In this document: positions 35,973-45,310 of the stretch, one piece after another | Numbering within the stretch: position 1 is the stretch's first letter | How the letters are laid out: each line of letters opens with the position of its first letter | Assembly: GCA_019310965.1 (NCBI GenBank) | Contig: JAFDDG010000004.1 | Coordinates: forward strand, 15,264 to 79,263 | Length of the DNA stretch: 64,000 nucleotides | Direction of reading: 5' to 3' | From: Deltaproteobacteria bacterium | GTDB taxonomy: Bacteria; Myxococcota_A; UBA9160; SMWR01 | The notes under the pieces: generated by a model | What the model was told of the DNA's origin: nothing | Seen by the model: only the letters and a program-made list of their open reading frames with translations | Databases searched by the model: none | Program-made: the position numbers and the translations under genes

Positions 35973-37559
35973 ATGCCGAAGGACGTCTATATCGCCGCTG
36001 TCGGCCTCACGAAGGTCGACCTCACCGGCCGAATCTTCGGCAGCGTTTTCGATCTATTTGCCGAGGCCTACCGGCGGGCGCTCCAGGACTCTGCCGTGCG
36101 CCGCTTCGACGCGCTGCAGCTCGGCATCATGGACAGCGAGGAGTTCGAGAACCGCGCCAACATCGCCACCAAAGTGGCGGACCGCCTCGGCCTCACCGGT
36201 ATTCCGGCGATCCGCAGCGAGACGGCCTCTTCTACCGGTGCGGCAGCCCTCCACGAGGCGTACTACAAGATCGCATCTGGAGAGTTCGAGACGGTGCTGG
36301 TGCTCGCCGGCGAGCGCATGAAAATGGTGACCACCGAAGTGGCCACCACCATCATGTCGAAGACCATCGACCCCGAGGAGCGCCGGTTCGGCTTCACCAT
36401 GCCCGCACTGATCGCTTTGGTGACGCAGGCCTGGCTGCGCGAGCGTCGCATCGCCGGCGACCAGATCTCCGAAGTGCTCTCGCGGCTGATGAACCGCGCG
36501 CACGCCTTCGGCTCGCGCAACCCGCTGGCAGCATTCTTCGACAAACCCGAGCCGATCGAGAACTACTTCGACGAGACCCGCAACCTGCCGGTCGCAACGC
36601 CGCTGATGCGCAAGGACTGCTCGCCGATCTGCGACGGCGCAGCCGCCGTGATCCTCACAGCACGGCCCCAGGGGGTGCGCATCGCCGGACTCGGCTCCGC
36701 CACCGAGACATCGTCGATTCTCGACCGCGACCGGCTGACGGGCCTCGAGGCAACGACACAGGCGGCGCGTATCGCCTACTGGCGCGCGGGCATCGCCGAC
36801 CCACGCGCACTCGAAGACGTCGTGGTCGAAGTGCACGATGCTTTCAACAGCCTGCTGCCCATCGGACTCACCGATCTCGGACTCGTCGATCCAGACGAAG
36901 CAATCGAAGTTCTGGTGGGCAGGCCAGGCAGCAAGGTGGTGAATCCGTACGAGAATCCGATCACCGGCCCGCGCGGGCGCCTGCCCACGAACCTCTCCGG
37001 TGGACTCAAGGCCCGCGGGCACCCGGTGGGCGGAACCGGCCTTTTCCAGATCTGCGAGAACTACCTCCAGATCACCGACCGCTTTCCGAACCGCGCGGCC
37101 CAGGTGCCGCACGCGACTCTCGGCATCAGCAACTCGATCGGAGGCCCGGGCAACAACAACTACGTCACCATCCTCGAGGCAACCTCGAGCCGACGCGCGC
37201 GCGAGCCCGTACCGACTCCACGCCTGCACTTCGAATCGCCCAAGCGTCGCCCCGAGCGCACTGGGTCCGATGCGCTGCACGGGGCCAACGCCGTGGTCGA
37301 GGGCGCCACCACCATCTTCGTCACCGCCGGGGGCGGCGAACCGCTACACGTGGCACTGCTCTCGATCGACGGACGCCTCGTGTTCGCCAAGCTCGACGCC
37401 GCGCCGAGCGATGGGGCGGCGCCGGAGGAGATCCTCACAGGCACGAAGGTGAGGTTCCTGGTGAAGGACGGCGGGGATCAGTACTTCCAGATCCCCCAGA
37501 CCCAGGGCTTCGATCTCAGCAGCCTCATCCAGTCCATCCGCCGCAGCGTCGGCGCCTAG
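35973..37559 (+). CDS. Thiolase-fold protein with Ser at the nucleophile position, fused to a C-terminal OB-fold (DUF35-like) domain
   Basis: Thiolase signatures CSPICDGAAAVIL and GHPVGGTGLFQ. RSETASSTGAAAL sits where thiolases have ..ACASG... The last 130 aa or so (VEGATTIFV...HVALLSIDGRLVFAKL...GTKVRFLV) look like a DUF35 OB-fold without the Zn ribbon. Confidence 0.7.
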   Translation: MPKDVYIAAVGLTKVDLTGRIFGSVFDLFAEAYRRALQDSAVRRFDALQLGIMDSEEFENRANIATKVADRLGLTGIPAIRSETASSTGAAALHEAYYKIASGEFETVLVLAGERMKMVTTEVATTIMSKTIDPEERRFGFTMPALIALVTQAWLRERRIAGDQISEVLSRLMNRAHAFGSRNPLAAFFDKPEPIENYFDETRNLPVATPLMRKDCSPICDGAAAVILTARPQGVRIAGLGSATETSSILDRDRLTGLEATTQAARIAYWRAGIADPRALEDVVVEVHDAFNSLLPIGLTDLGLVDPDEAIEVLVGRPGSKVVNPYENPITGPRGRLPTNLSGGLKARGHPVGGTGLFQICENYLQITDRFPNRAAQVPHATLGISNSIGGPGNNNYVTILEATSSRRAREPVPTPRLHFESPKRRPERTGSDALHGANAVVEGATTIFVTAGGGEPLHVALLSIDGRLVFAKLDAAPSDGAAPEEILTGTKVRFLVKDGGDQYFQIPQTQGFDLSSLIQSIRRSVGA

Positions 37560-37942
37560 CAACAGAGAGGGGTCGGGGCAGAGAGAGCAGCCCGCCTTCT
37601 CGCTCCTTCTTGCCGCCCATCGATGGACCGTCACGGGTCGGAGAAGAGGGCCAAGGAGGGAAGACCGTCCCCGCCGCGATCCCTGGCAGGGTGGCTCCGG
37701 GCGATGCGGACGACACGCCGCGCGCCAGAGCCGTGCCTTCACGGAGGCCAGACGCACTGGCCGCAGCGAGTCTGAATCTCCTGCAGCGGAGTGCCCGCGG
37801 AGGCAGGCGATCGGGGTGCCGGCAAGCCGCGGGCATCGGCGGCACCCGTCTGCGCGGGTTCTCCAGAACGTAGCGCCGCACGGCGTTCACGGCCTCCGTC
37901 GGAAAGCCGGCGCCGAAGCGCTGCGGAGGTTACTCTCTCAGC

Positions 37943-38302
37943 GTGGCCAAAGTTGCGCCGGAAACTCTCGAAACACGCGCCGCTCGCGTGCGCGACCTTC
38001 TTGAGAAGGACCCGAACGACGCGGTGCTCTGGTTCGACCTCGGGCGCGCGCTGCTCGAGCTCTCGCATCCCTGTGAGGCGGTAGCCGCTTTCGAACACGC
38101 CACGCGCATCGACCCGAACTGCACCGCCGCATTCCGCGATCTGGGGCGCGCGCACCTCGAGAACGGCAACGGCTGCGAGGCGGCACGCATCTTCGCGCAC
38201 GCCATCGCGTTGGCGGAGAAGACCGGCGACCTCAAGACGGGACGCGAGATCCACGTCTTCCTGCGCAGCGCCGAAGCCAGTCTGGCCGAAGCAAAGCACT
38301 GA
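37943..38302 (+). CDS. Small TPR-repeat protein
   Basis: 119 aa with a GTG start. Two or three TPR-like units (AVLWFDLGRALLELSHPCEAVAAFEHATRIDPN, AAFRDLGRAHLENGNGCEAARIF). Confidence 0.6.
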   Translation: MAKVAPETLETRAARVRDLLEKDPNDAVLWFDLGRALLELSHPCEAVAAFEHATRIDPNCTAAFRDLGRAHLENGNGCEAARIFAHAIALAEKTGDLKTGREIHVFLRSAEASLAEAKH

Positions 38303-38336
38303 CGAGCACAGTGCACCCGCTGCTCCACCTCGCACC

Positions 38337-38660
38337 GTGAGCGACGCACGCAGCATCTACCGCGAGGCCTTTCGGCACTTCGCCGAGGGGCGCGTCGACG
38401 AGGCGATCGAGGGCTATCGCCGCTCGCTCGAGGCCGATCCCGAGTTTCAGCTCGCGTGGAATGGACTCTCGCTGGCCTACCGACAGCAGGGCGACCTCGA
38501 CGCTGCCATCGAGGCGGCGCACGAGCTCGTCTCACTGGCGCCCGACGATCCGCTCTCGTACACGAACCTCTCGATCGTGCTGATGCAGAAGGGTCTGATC
38601 CCGGAGGCCGAAGACGCCAGGGCCCGTGCCACGCAGCTCCAGGCACAGCAGGAGAGCTGA
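38337..38660 (+). CDS. Small TPR-repeat protein
   Basis: 107 aa with a GTG start. Reads FAEGRVDEAIEGYRRSLEADPEF, AWNGLSLAYRQQGDLDAAIEAAHELVSLAPDD. Confidence 0.65.
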   Translation: MSDARSIYREAFRHFAEGRVDEAIEGYRRSLEADPEFQLAWNGLSLAYRQQGDLDAAIEAAHELVSLAPDDPLSYTNLSIVLMQKGLIPEAEDARARATQLQAQQES

Positions 38661-38662
38661 AC

Positions 38663-39325
38663 TTGGCGGGACCGAAATCGTTCTTCTTGAGCGCCGAGCT
38701 GCACGAGTACGTCGTGGGGCACGGCACGCCGCCGGACCGGCTGCTCGACGAGCTGGCAGAGGCCACGCGCCGCGAGACCGGCGACCTGTCGGTGATGCAG
38801 GTGGCTCCCGAGCAGGGCGCCTTCATGCAGCTGTTGGTGCAGGCGATCGGTGCCAAGCACGCTGTCGAGGTCGGCACCTTCACCGGCTACTCGGCCCTGT
38901 GCATCGCGCGGGGGCTGCCCGAGGACGGGACGCTTCTCTGCTGCGACACCAGTGAGGAATGGACGTCGATCGGCAAGCCCTACTGGGAGCGCGCCGGTGT
39001 GGCCGGGAAGATCGACCTGCGCATCGGTGCGGCCAGCGAGACTTTGCGCGCGCTCCCCGAGAAGGAGCAGTTCGACATCGCATTCATCGATGCCGACAAG
39101 CCGGCCTATCTCACCTACTACGAGGCGCTTCTGCCGCGCATGCGCAGCGGCGGCTTGATCATGGTCGACAATGTATTGTGGAGCGGCAACGTGGTGAACC
39201 CGGAGGCCAACGACGAAAACACGCTGGCGCTCCGCAAGTTCAACGACCGCGTGTGCGATGACACGCGGGTCAGCTGCGTGATGCTGGCGATTTCCGACGG
39301 GCTGACGCTGCTGCGCAAGCGCTGA
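38663..39325 (+). CDS. Class I SAM-dependent O-methyltransferase (caffeoyl-CoA OMT-like)
   Basis: TTG start 7 nt after CAGGAGAG. Reads VEVGTFTGYSALCIA, FIDADK, GGLIMVDNVLWSG. Confidence 0.8.
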   Translation: MAGPKSFFLSAELHEYVVGHGTPPDRLLDELAEATRRETGDLSVMQVAPEQGAFMQLLVQAIGAKHAVEVGTFTGYSALCIARGLPEDGTLLCCDTSEEWTSIGKPYWERAGVAGKIDLRIGAASETLRALPEKEQFDIAFIDADKPAYLTYYEALLPRMRSGGLIMVDNVLWSGNVVNPEANDENTLALRKFNDRVCDDTRVSCVMLAISDGLTLLRKR

Positions 39326-39343
39326 GCGTCGCCGGCCGCCGCC

Positions 39344-40261
39344 TCAGACGAACTCCGGCGGCAGCGGGCTCTCGGCCACCACGTCCGCATAGGCAACGCG
39401 CGTCGCGTGCAGCAGATGACGCGGGGCGGCCTCGGCCACGGCGCCGCGAGCATAGGTGCGATCGCCCAGCAGCGGGTGCCCCAGGTGCGCCATCACCACG
39501 CGAATCTGGTGCAAGAAACCCGTCACCGGGCGCACCTCGACGAGAGTGGAGTCGTCTCGCACTTCGAGCGGCTGCCAGCTCATCTCGACATCGCGCGCTC
39601 CGCGAGCCCGCAGGCGTTCGTGCTCCGGCACCACCCGCACCCGCGCCGGTCGGTGTCGTGCCACCACGAGACCCACGGCGAGCGAGCCCCCCTCGCGCAG
39701 CTGCCCGGCCACCACCGCGCGGTAGACCTTCTCCACGCGATGCTCGCGAAAGCCCCGCCGCAGCTCCTGCCAGGCATCTTCGCTGGTGGCCAGCAGCAAC
39801 ACGCCGGAGGTGTCGACATCGAGCCGGTGCACGACGCCGCTGCGCAGACCGCCCTCACCCACACCCTGCATCTCCGGGTGCCGCGCCAACGCGGCACCCA
39901 GCAGCGTGCCCGTCTCGTCCTCGCGCAGCGGGTGCACGGGCGTACCGGCCGGCTTGTCGGCGGCCAGCCAGCCGGGCCCCTCGGCCAGAATCGCGAGCGG
40001 CGCGTCGGGCTCCGCCCGCGCGACCAGCTGCTCAGCCCGGCGGAAGGGCTCGACGGCGACGCTCACTCCCTCCACCAGCATCGCGCCCTTCTCGCTCTCG
40101 CGCGCCCGACGCCCCGCCACCTGGACGGCACCCCGGGCCAGCAGGCGCCGTGCCTGGGCGCGGGAGAGCCCTAGCCGCTCGGCCAGGAAGAGGTCGAGCC
40201 GCCGACCGGCCTCGCCTGCGCTCACCTCAAAGCTCTGCACGTCCTCGGCCTCGGCTGCCAT
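39344..40261 (-). CDS. RluA/RluD-family pseudouridine synthase with an S4 domain
   Basis: S4-like RLDLFLAERLGLSRAQARRLLARGAVQV and catalytic HRLDVDTSGVLLLA. The start is ambiguous (ATG 40261, 40285 or 40315). Confidence 0.8.
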   Translation of the reverse strand: MAAEAEDVQSFEVSAGEAGRRLDLFLAERLGLSRAQARRLLARGAVQVAGRRARESEKGAMLVEGVSVAVEPFRRAEQLVARAEPDAPLAILAEGPGWLAADKPAGTPVHPLREDETGTLLGAALARHPEMQGVGEGGLRSGVVHRLDVDTSGVLLLATSEDAWQELRRGFREHRVEKVYRAVVAGQLREGGSLAVGLVVARHRPARVRVVPEHERLRARGARDVEMSWQPLEVRDDSTLVEVRPVTGFLHQIRVVMAHLGHPLLGDRTYARGAVAEAAPRHLLHATRVAYADVVAESPLPPEFV

Positions 40262-40283
40262 GACGCGGTAAGTTCGGGCCTCC

Positions 40284-41918
40284 ATGGCCAAACGCAAGAC
40301 CGACCCCACGCGCATCCAGCTGATGGATACGACGCTGCGCGACGGCGAACAGACGCCGGACGTGGCCTATACGCCCGCCGAGAAGCTCCAGCTGGCGAAG
40401 CTGCTGCTGCTCGACGTGGGTGTGGATCGCATCGAAATCGCCTCGACGCGGGTGTCGGAGGGCGAGCGCGAGGCGGTGCGCCTGGTGGCGGATTGGGCTC
40501 GCAAACGGCGGCTGCTCTCCCGCGTTGAGATCCTCGGCTACGCGGACGGCCGCAAGTCGCCGGACTGGATCAGCGAGACCGGCGGACGGGTGCTGAACCT
40601 CCTCACCAAGGGCTCCGAGACCCACTGTCGCAAACAGCTCGGCATGGAGCCGGCGCGCCACCGCGACGGCATCGCCCAGACGGTCCGCGCCGCGCAGAAG
40701 CAGCGCATCACGGTCAACGCCTACCTCGAGGATTGGTCGAGCGGCGTGCGGGATTCCTTCCCCTATCTCGCCGAATTGACCCACCTGCTGATCGATCTCG
40801 GTTGCCAGCGCATCTACCTGCCCGACACATTGGGCGTCTTCTCACCCACGGACGTGGATCGCTACGTGGGCCTGATGGTCGGCACCTGGCCCCACGCGAC
40901 CTTCGAGTTCCACGGACACAACGACTACGGGCTCTCGACGGCGAACGTGCTGGCCGCCGTACGCGCCGGCGCCAGCGGCATCCACACCAGCGTGAACGGC
41001 ATGGGCGAGCGCACCGGAAACACCCGGCTCGCAGAGACCGTGGCTGTCGTGCACGATCACACGTCCTACCGCACGGGCGTCGACGAGACCCGGCTCGCCG
41101 ACATCTCGCGCATGGTGGAAGCCTTATCGGGCAAGGACGTGGCGGCCAACACGCCCATCGTGGGGCGCGACGTCTTCACCCACGCCGCCGGCATCCACTC
41201 CGACGGCGATCTGAAGGGCGATCTCTACACTACGCGTCTGGCTCCGAAACGCTTCGGACAGAAACGTCGCTATGCGCTGGGAAAACTCTCCGGCAAGGCG
41301 TCCATCGATGCGAACCTGAAGACACTTGGCATCGACCTCGCCGCTGACGAGCGTGCGCTGGTGTTGCAGCGCGTGATCGAGCTCGGGGACAAGAAGCACA
41401 CGGTCACGCCGCAGGACCTTCCCTACATCATCGCGGACGTGCTCAAGTCGCCCGAGCACAAGCCGGTGCGCGTACTCGAATACGCCGTGAGCGTCGGCAC
41501 CGGGCGCAAGCCCGCCGCCGAAGTGGTGCTCAGCGTTCACGGGCGACGCTCCCGCGCCGCAGCCAGCGGCGATGGCGGCTACGACGCCTTCATGAACGCG
41601 CTCAAGAAGGCCGCGAAGAAGTTCGCCCTGGACGTGCCGCGGCTCTCCGACTACCGCGTCCGCATCCCGCCGGGCGGCCGCACGGGTGCGTTGGTGGAGA
41701 CGGTGATCGCCTGGCGCTCGGAAGATCCCGAGGAAGGCACCTTCTCGACCCTCGGCGTCGACTCCGACCAGCTCGGGGCTGCGGTGATCGCGACCGAGAA
41801 GATGTTGAACGCCATCGCCCCGCCGAAACCCGCGGCGCAACGGAGGCCAGGTCGCAAATCGACGCAAACAAAGGGGAAATCCACTCGGCCCCGGGCTGGC
41901 GCAAGGGCTCGGCGCTAG
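40284..41918 (+). CDS. cimA: (R)-citramalate synthase, Leptospira CimA type (2-isopropylmalate synthase family)
   Basis: Long stretches match my recollection of Leptospira CimA: LMDTTLRDGEQ, EILGYADG..DWI...VLNLLTKGS, YLEDWS.G, LPDTLGV, FEFHGHNDYGLS.AN, GDGGYDAFMNAL, Y.VRIPPGG.T.ALVET. LeuA itself cannot be excluded without alignment. Confidence 0.75.
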   Translation: MAKRKTDPTRIQLMDTTLRDGEQTPDVAYTPAEKLQLAKLLLLDVGVDRIEIASTRVSEGEREAVRLVADWARKRRLLSRVEILGYADGRKSPDWISETGGRVLNLLTKGSETHCRKQLGMEPARHRDGIAQTVRAAQKQRITVNAYLEDWSSGVRDSFPYLAELTHLLIDLGCQRIYLPDTLGVFSPTDVDRYVGLMVGTWPHATFEFHGHNDYGLSTANVLAAVRAGASGIHTSVNGMGERTGNTRLAETVAVVHDHTSYRTGVDETRLADISRMVEALSGKDVAANTPIVGRDVFTHAAGIHSDGDLKGDLYTTRLAPKRFGQKRRYALGKLSGKASIDANLKTLGIDLAADERALVLQRVIELGDKKHTVTPQDLPYIIADVLKSPEHKPVRVLEYAVSVGTGRKPAAEVVLSVHGRRSRAAASGDGGYDAFMNALKKAAKKFALDVPRLSDYRVRIPPGGRTGALVETVIAWRSEDPEEGTFSTLGVDSDQLGAAVIATEKMLNAIAPPKPAAQRRPGRKSTQTKGKSTRPRAGARARR

Positions 41919-41946
41919 CCGCGACAACTCCGGTATCCTGTTTTCA

Positions 41947-42966
41947 ATGCCGGCCCCCGAAAGTTCTCCGGGCCGGTGCAGCGGTGACGGGCACCAGGCC
42001 CCGCCGTCGTGCCGGGCAGTCCTCGGCCTGCTGGCGGTGAGCGCCACTGCAGCGGCGCTCACCGGATGCGCCGGCACCCCCGAGCCCGACCCCCGCTACC
42101 GCCCCGCCGAGAGCGTGCTCGAGGTGATTGCCGTGCTTCGCCGACACGTGCCGGACGACACCTATCGCTTCGAGGCGGCCCAGGATTTCACCGGGCGCAA
42201 TGTCTATCGCAGCTCGCTGCTGCGTCTCGAGAGCATGGAGAAAATACACGCCCAGGCGCTGCGGGCGGCGGCCATGGACGGCGTGGTGATCTTTGCGAAG
42301 GGGCGCGCCCTGGAGCGCGTGCGCGCCTTCGACCTGGCCGCACAGGCATACGAAACGGCGGCCGATCTCGACGCGGAGCTCGCTGCCGAGGCGCGCCACA
42401 GCGCAGACGTCTGCAACGAGTTGGCCGTCATAACCGAGCTGGCGGTCGGACTCGGCGATCTGGCATCGTCTACCGTCGTGTCGCTGGACAGCGAGAGCAT
42501 GTTGGAGCATTTCGAAACACGCACCCACCGGCTCGAGGCGCTCGAGCGGCTCGAAGCGAACACCCACTACGCGTTCGTGGCGCGAGAAGAGATCGAGCGC
42601 ACCGACGTGGCGCGCGCTCACTACTTCCTCTCCGTGCGGCAGCTCCTGCCCGAGGGGGACGTGCGCACAGCCGGCGAGCTGGAGCGGCTGGTCACCCGGC
42701 ATCGCAAGAGCAAGAACACCAACCAGCATCTGCTCGAGCTGGCGCAGTTCTACGAAGACCTGGCCATCGAGTACGTTGGAGCACACCCACCGGAGAGCCT
42801 CGACTTCGACCCGATCCGCTTCCGCGAGCTCACCGATGCCACGTCGCGGCTCTACGAAGTCGTGGCCAACCAGGACGGAAAGGCCGAGAAGCTCGAGGCA
42901 TCGCGTCGTCTCGAAGCATTTCTGGCCTTCGCATTGAGAGTCGATCGTGACCGCTTCACGCAATAG
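41947..42966 (+). CDS. Hypothetical alpha-helical lipoprotein
   Basis: 339 aa. Signal peptide plus lipobox ALTGC after a 24-aa N-region. Helix-rich with no recognisable domain. Confidence 0.6.
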   Translation: MPAPESSPGRCSGDGHQAPPSCRAVLGLLAVSATAAALTGCAGTPEPDPRYRPAESVLEVIAVLRRHVPDDTYRFEAAQDFTGRNVYRSSLLRLESMEKIHAQALRAAAMDGVVIFAKGRALERVRAFDLAAQAYETAADLDAELAAEARHSADVCNELAVITELAVGLGDLASSTVVSLDSESMLEHFETRTHRLEALERLEANTHYAFVAREEIERTDVARAHYFLSVRQLLPEGDVRTAGELERLVTRHRKSKNTNQHLLELAQFYEDLAIEYVGAHPPESLDFDPIRFRELTDATSRLYEVVANQDGKAEKLEASRRLEAFLAFALRVDRDRFTQ

Positions 42967-45229
42967 CCGTGTGCTCGCAGCCGCCCTGGCCGCACTGCTC
43001 TGCGGCTGCCTGTCGCCCGCCGGCGTCCCGCCGGACACCGCGTTCCATCCGGCCGACCACGTGTCGGTACCGACGCCGGACGCCGCGGACCGCACGGCCT
43101 CAGCACTGGCCCGCGCCGCGCTGGTGGGAACGCACGCCGACACCGAGCGCGCGCTCCGGAACATGCGAGCGATCGACACGGTGCTCTATTCCGCGGATGA
43201 ACGGCCCACCGGCATGTTCGACATCTCCACGGACCTGACGAATTCGACCCTCGACGACGACCGCGAGTACCAGCGCGCGAGCCTCGCGCTGCTCGCTCGT
43301 GACGATGTGGACCCGTTGCTCCGCGCGCGGCTGGAGCGCTTCACCGCCAACGACACACTCGTTCTCGCCGACGACCGCATGCACGACGCGATGCTGATCG
43401 AGGTCGCACGCGCCTTCAATACCCTGGCGGAGCCGCTCGGCAAATCAATCACCAGCGCGCAAATGGCCCCTTACCGCCTCGGACGCGCGATCGTGAATTA
43501 CGTCAGCGAGATCTACACCCTCGAGCCCCTGCCACTGCGCAAACGCCAGGCGCTGGCCCTGTGGCACGAGTTTCTGGAGCGTCACCCGGACGCGCCCGAG
43601 GCCGAGGAACTCGAGCCGCGTGTCGAGCGCGCCAACCACAAGCTGCAGCTCACCTGGCGCAACCGTGCGCTGCAGGTGGCCGAGCGCGCGCTCGAGATGG
43701 GGCGCGTGCGGCTGGCGTTGGTCTACGCCGATCGCGCGCTACGCACCGTGCCAGAGGACCGCCGTGCGTCGGAGCTGCGCGACGAGGCCGCACGACGCCT
43801 GGTCGCGGTTCGCGAGCAACAACGCCGCAGCCTGGAGAACCCAGCGGACGATCCGACACGCCATGCGCCCCTCGAAGCGCGTGACATGGCAGTGGCGCTG
43901 CTGCTTCCCGACGGTGCCATCCGGGAAGGCGCCGCGCGCCTGTTGCAGGTCGATCCGCACGGCCCGCTGGCCGACGAGGCACGCTTCATCATGGCCATCG
44001 CGCTGGGTGAGGACGGCGACGAAGCCGGCATGTGGGCGGCGCTCGAGGAGCTCGCCGACGACGAAAACGCAGACTCGAACATGCGCCGCCATGCGCTCGC
44101 CATCACCACGAACCCGTACCTCAACACCTGGCGTGCCTTCGAGGAAGCCCGCAGCCACGATCGCTGGCAACGCTTCAAGTGGGTCTGGCTGGGCCCGTTC
44201 TTTCAGGGCCTGCCGGACCGCGGGATGCCTGGGCCCCTCGAGTGGCTCGTCGACGCGCCGGCGCTGGTGGAGCACGTCGGCGGCACGCCGATGCGACTCA
44301 TCAATCTGCCGTGGGCAGAAGCCCTGCCCTCGGCGCGCATCGTCGCCACCGCGGCCCGCAACCATTTGGCGCACGAGCCAGAGGGCACCCGCGCCGATGT
44401 AGCACGGGATTGGCTCGAGGATTATGAGCACGGGCGCCAAAACTGGGCCGCCGTGCTGCAGCTCAGAGAGGATCGGCCGGATGCCGACCTCGCCGAGATC
44501 GCAGAGTTTCGCGAACTCGCCGCAGAACAATACTTGCAGGCTGCGCTGCGCGAGTCGAACATCGCCCTGCGGCTCGGAATGTACAAAGAGATCGGTCGCA
44601 TCTACCCGGACTCCGACGCGTCGCGGGCCGCCGGCGCGGTGGCACGGGCCGAGGTCGACGAAGCTACGGCTCAGCACATCCGACTTTCGCGCGGCTTCTT
44701 GCTGGAGAACCCCGATGTGGCCGGCCCTCTCGGCCTCGGCCTGAGTCCCGAGCTACTCGACGGCGACTCCACCAACGCGGAGCTGCATCCAGAAGGCGTC
44801 ACGTTGGTGGGCTCGCGCTTCGTCCGGGTCAGCTATCTCGCACCACACGGTGACGACGAGCAGGAGGCTCGACGCGTGATGGAGGTGCTGGAGCAGGAGC
44901 ATCTGGCCCGGGTGGTCTCGCTGCTCGAAGAGCACACCTTCCACAACATGTTGCTGGATCCGCTGGAGGAGGTGGGCGTCGACGCGCGACGCGACGTCTT
45001 CTTCGAGCGCGCCCGGCTCGGCATGGCCGAAGACTCCGACACACGGCCCGGCTCGATCTCCAACTACACGTACAAGGGCGTGCGCGAGCGATACGGCATC
45101 GTGCGCCACCGCGAGTCGATCCTGCCCTTCGAGCTGGTCTTCCAGGGCTCCTTGAGTTCGCTTTCGTTGGGCGCCTTCCCGCGCCTGCACACGCCCCGCG
45201 AGACCCCCGACGCATTCTTGTACCGCTGA
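42947..45229 (+). CDS. Hypothetical large lipoprotein
   Basis: 760 aa. N-terminus [20 protein letters not shown] (signal plus lipobox). GTG start overlaps the preceding gene by 20 nt. Helical/acidic with no recognisable domain. Confidence 0.6.
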   Translation: MTASRNSRVLAAALAALLCGCLSPAGVPPDTAFHPADHVSVPTPDAADRTASALARAALVGTHADTERALRNMRAIDTVLYSADERPTGMFDISTDLTNSTLDDDREYQRASLALLARDDVDPLLRARLERFTANDTLVLADDRMHDAMLIEVARAFNTLAEPLGKSITSAQMAPYRLGRAIVNYVSEIYTLEPLPLRKRQALALWHEFLERHPDAPEAEELEPRVERANHKLQLTWRNRALQVAERALEMGRVRLALVYADRALRTVPEDRRASELRDEAARRLVAVREQQRRSLENPADDPTRHAPLEARDMAVALLLPDGAIREGAARLLQVDPHGPLADEARFIMAIALGEDGDEAGMWAALEELADDENADSNMRRHALAITTNPYLNTWRAFEEARSHDRWQRFKWVWLGPFFQGLPDRGMPGPLEWLVDAPALVEHVGGTPMRLINLPWAEALPSARIVATAARNHLAHEPEGTRADVARDWLEDYEHGRQNWAAVLQLREDRPDADLAEIAEFRELAAEQYLQAALRESNIALRLGMYKEIGRIYPDSDASRAAGAVARAEVDEATAQHIRLSRGFLLENPDVAGPLGLGLSPELLDGDSTNAELHPEGVTLVGSRFVRVSYLAPHGDDEQEARRVMEVLEQEHLARVVSLLEEHTFHNMLLDPLEEVGVDARRDVFFERARLGMAEDSDTRPGSISNYTYKGVRERYGIVRHRESILPFELVFQGSLSSLSLGAFPRLHTPRETPDAFLYR

Positions 45230-45310
45230 ATGATTGCGCTGTGAACGCGGGCCGCAGGCCGCCATGCCAGATCGCTAAGTTGCACCACCGCGTCGGCCGA
45301 TGGACACAGC

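Noticed and set aside
37525-37890. 121-aa minus-strand ORF crossing the 383-nt spacer and the 3' end of the thiolase-like gene.
   Set aside because: It has a GTG start without an RBS, rare AGA/AGG codons, Arg/Pro-rich content, overlap with a well-supported gene on the other strand, and no motif.
41932-41946. Sigma-54 promoter-like GGTATCCTGTTTTCA just upstream of the first lipoprotein gene, near the sigma-54 activator.
   Set aside because: The -12 element reads TTTCA rather than TTGCA, so the conserved G is missing. The element abuts the ATG at 41947, so the transcript would start inside the ORF, and there is no alternative in-frame start before the signal peptide.
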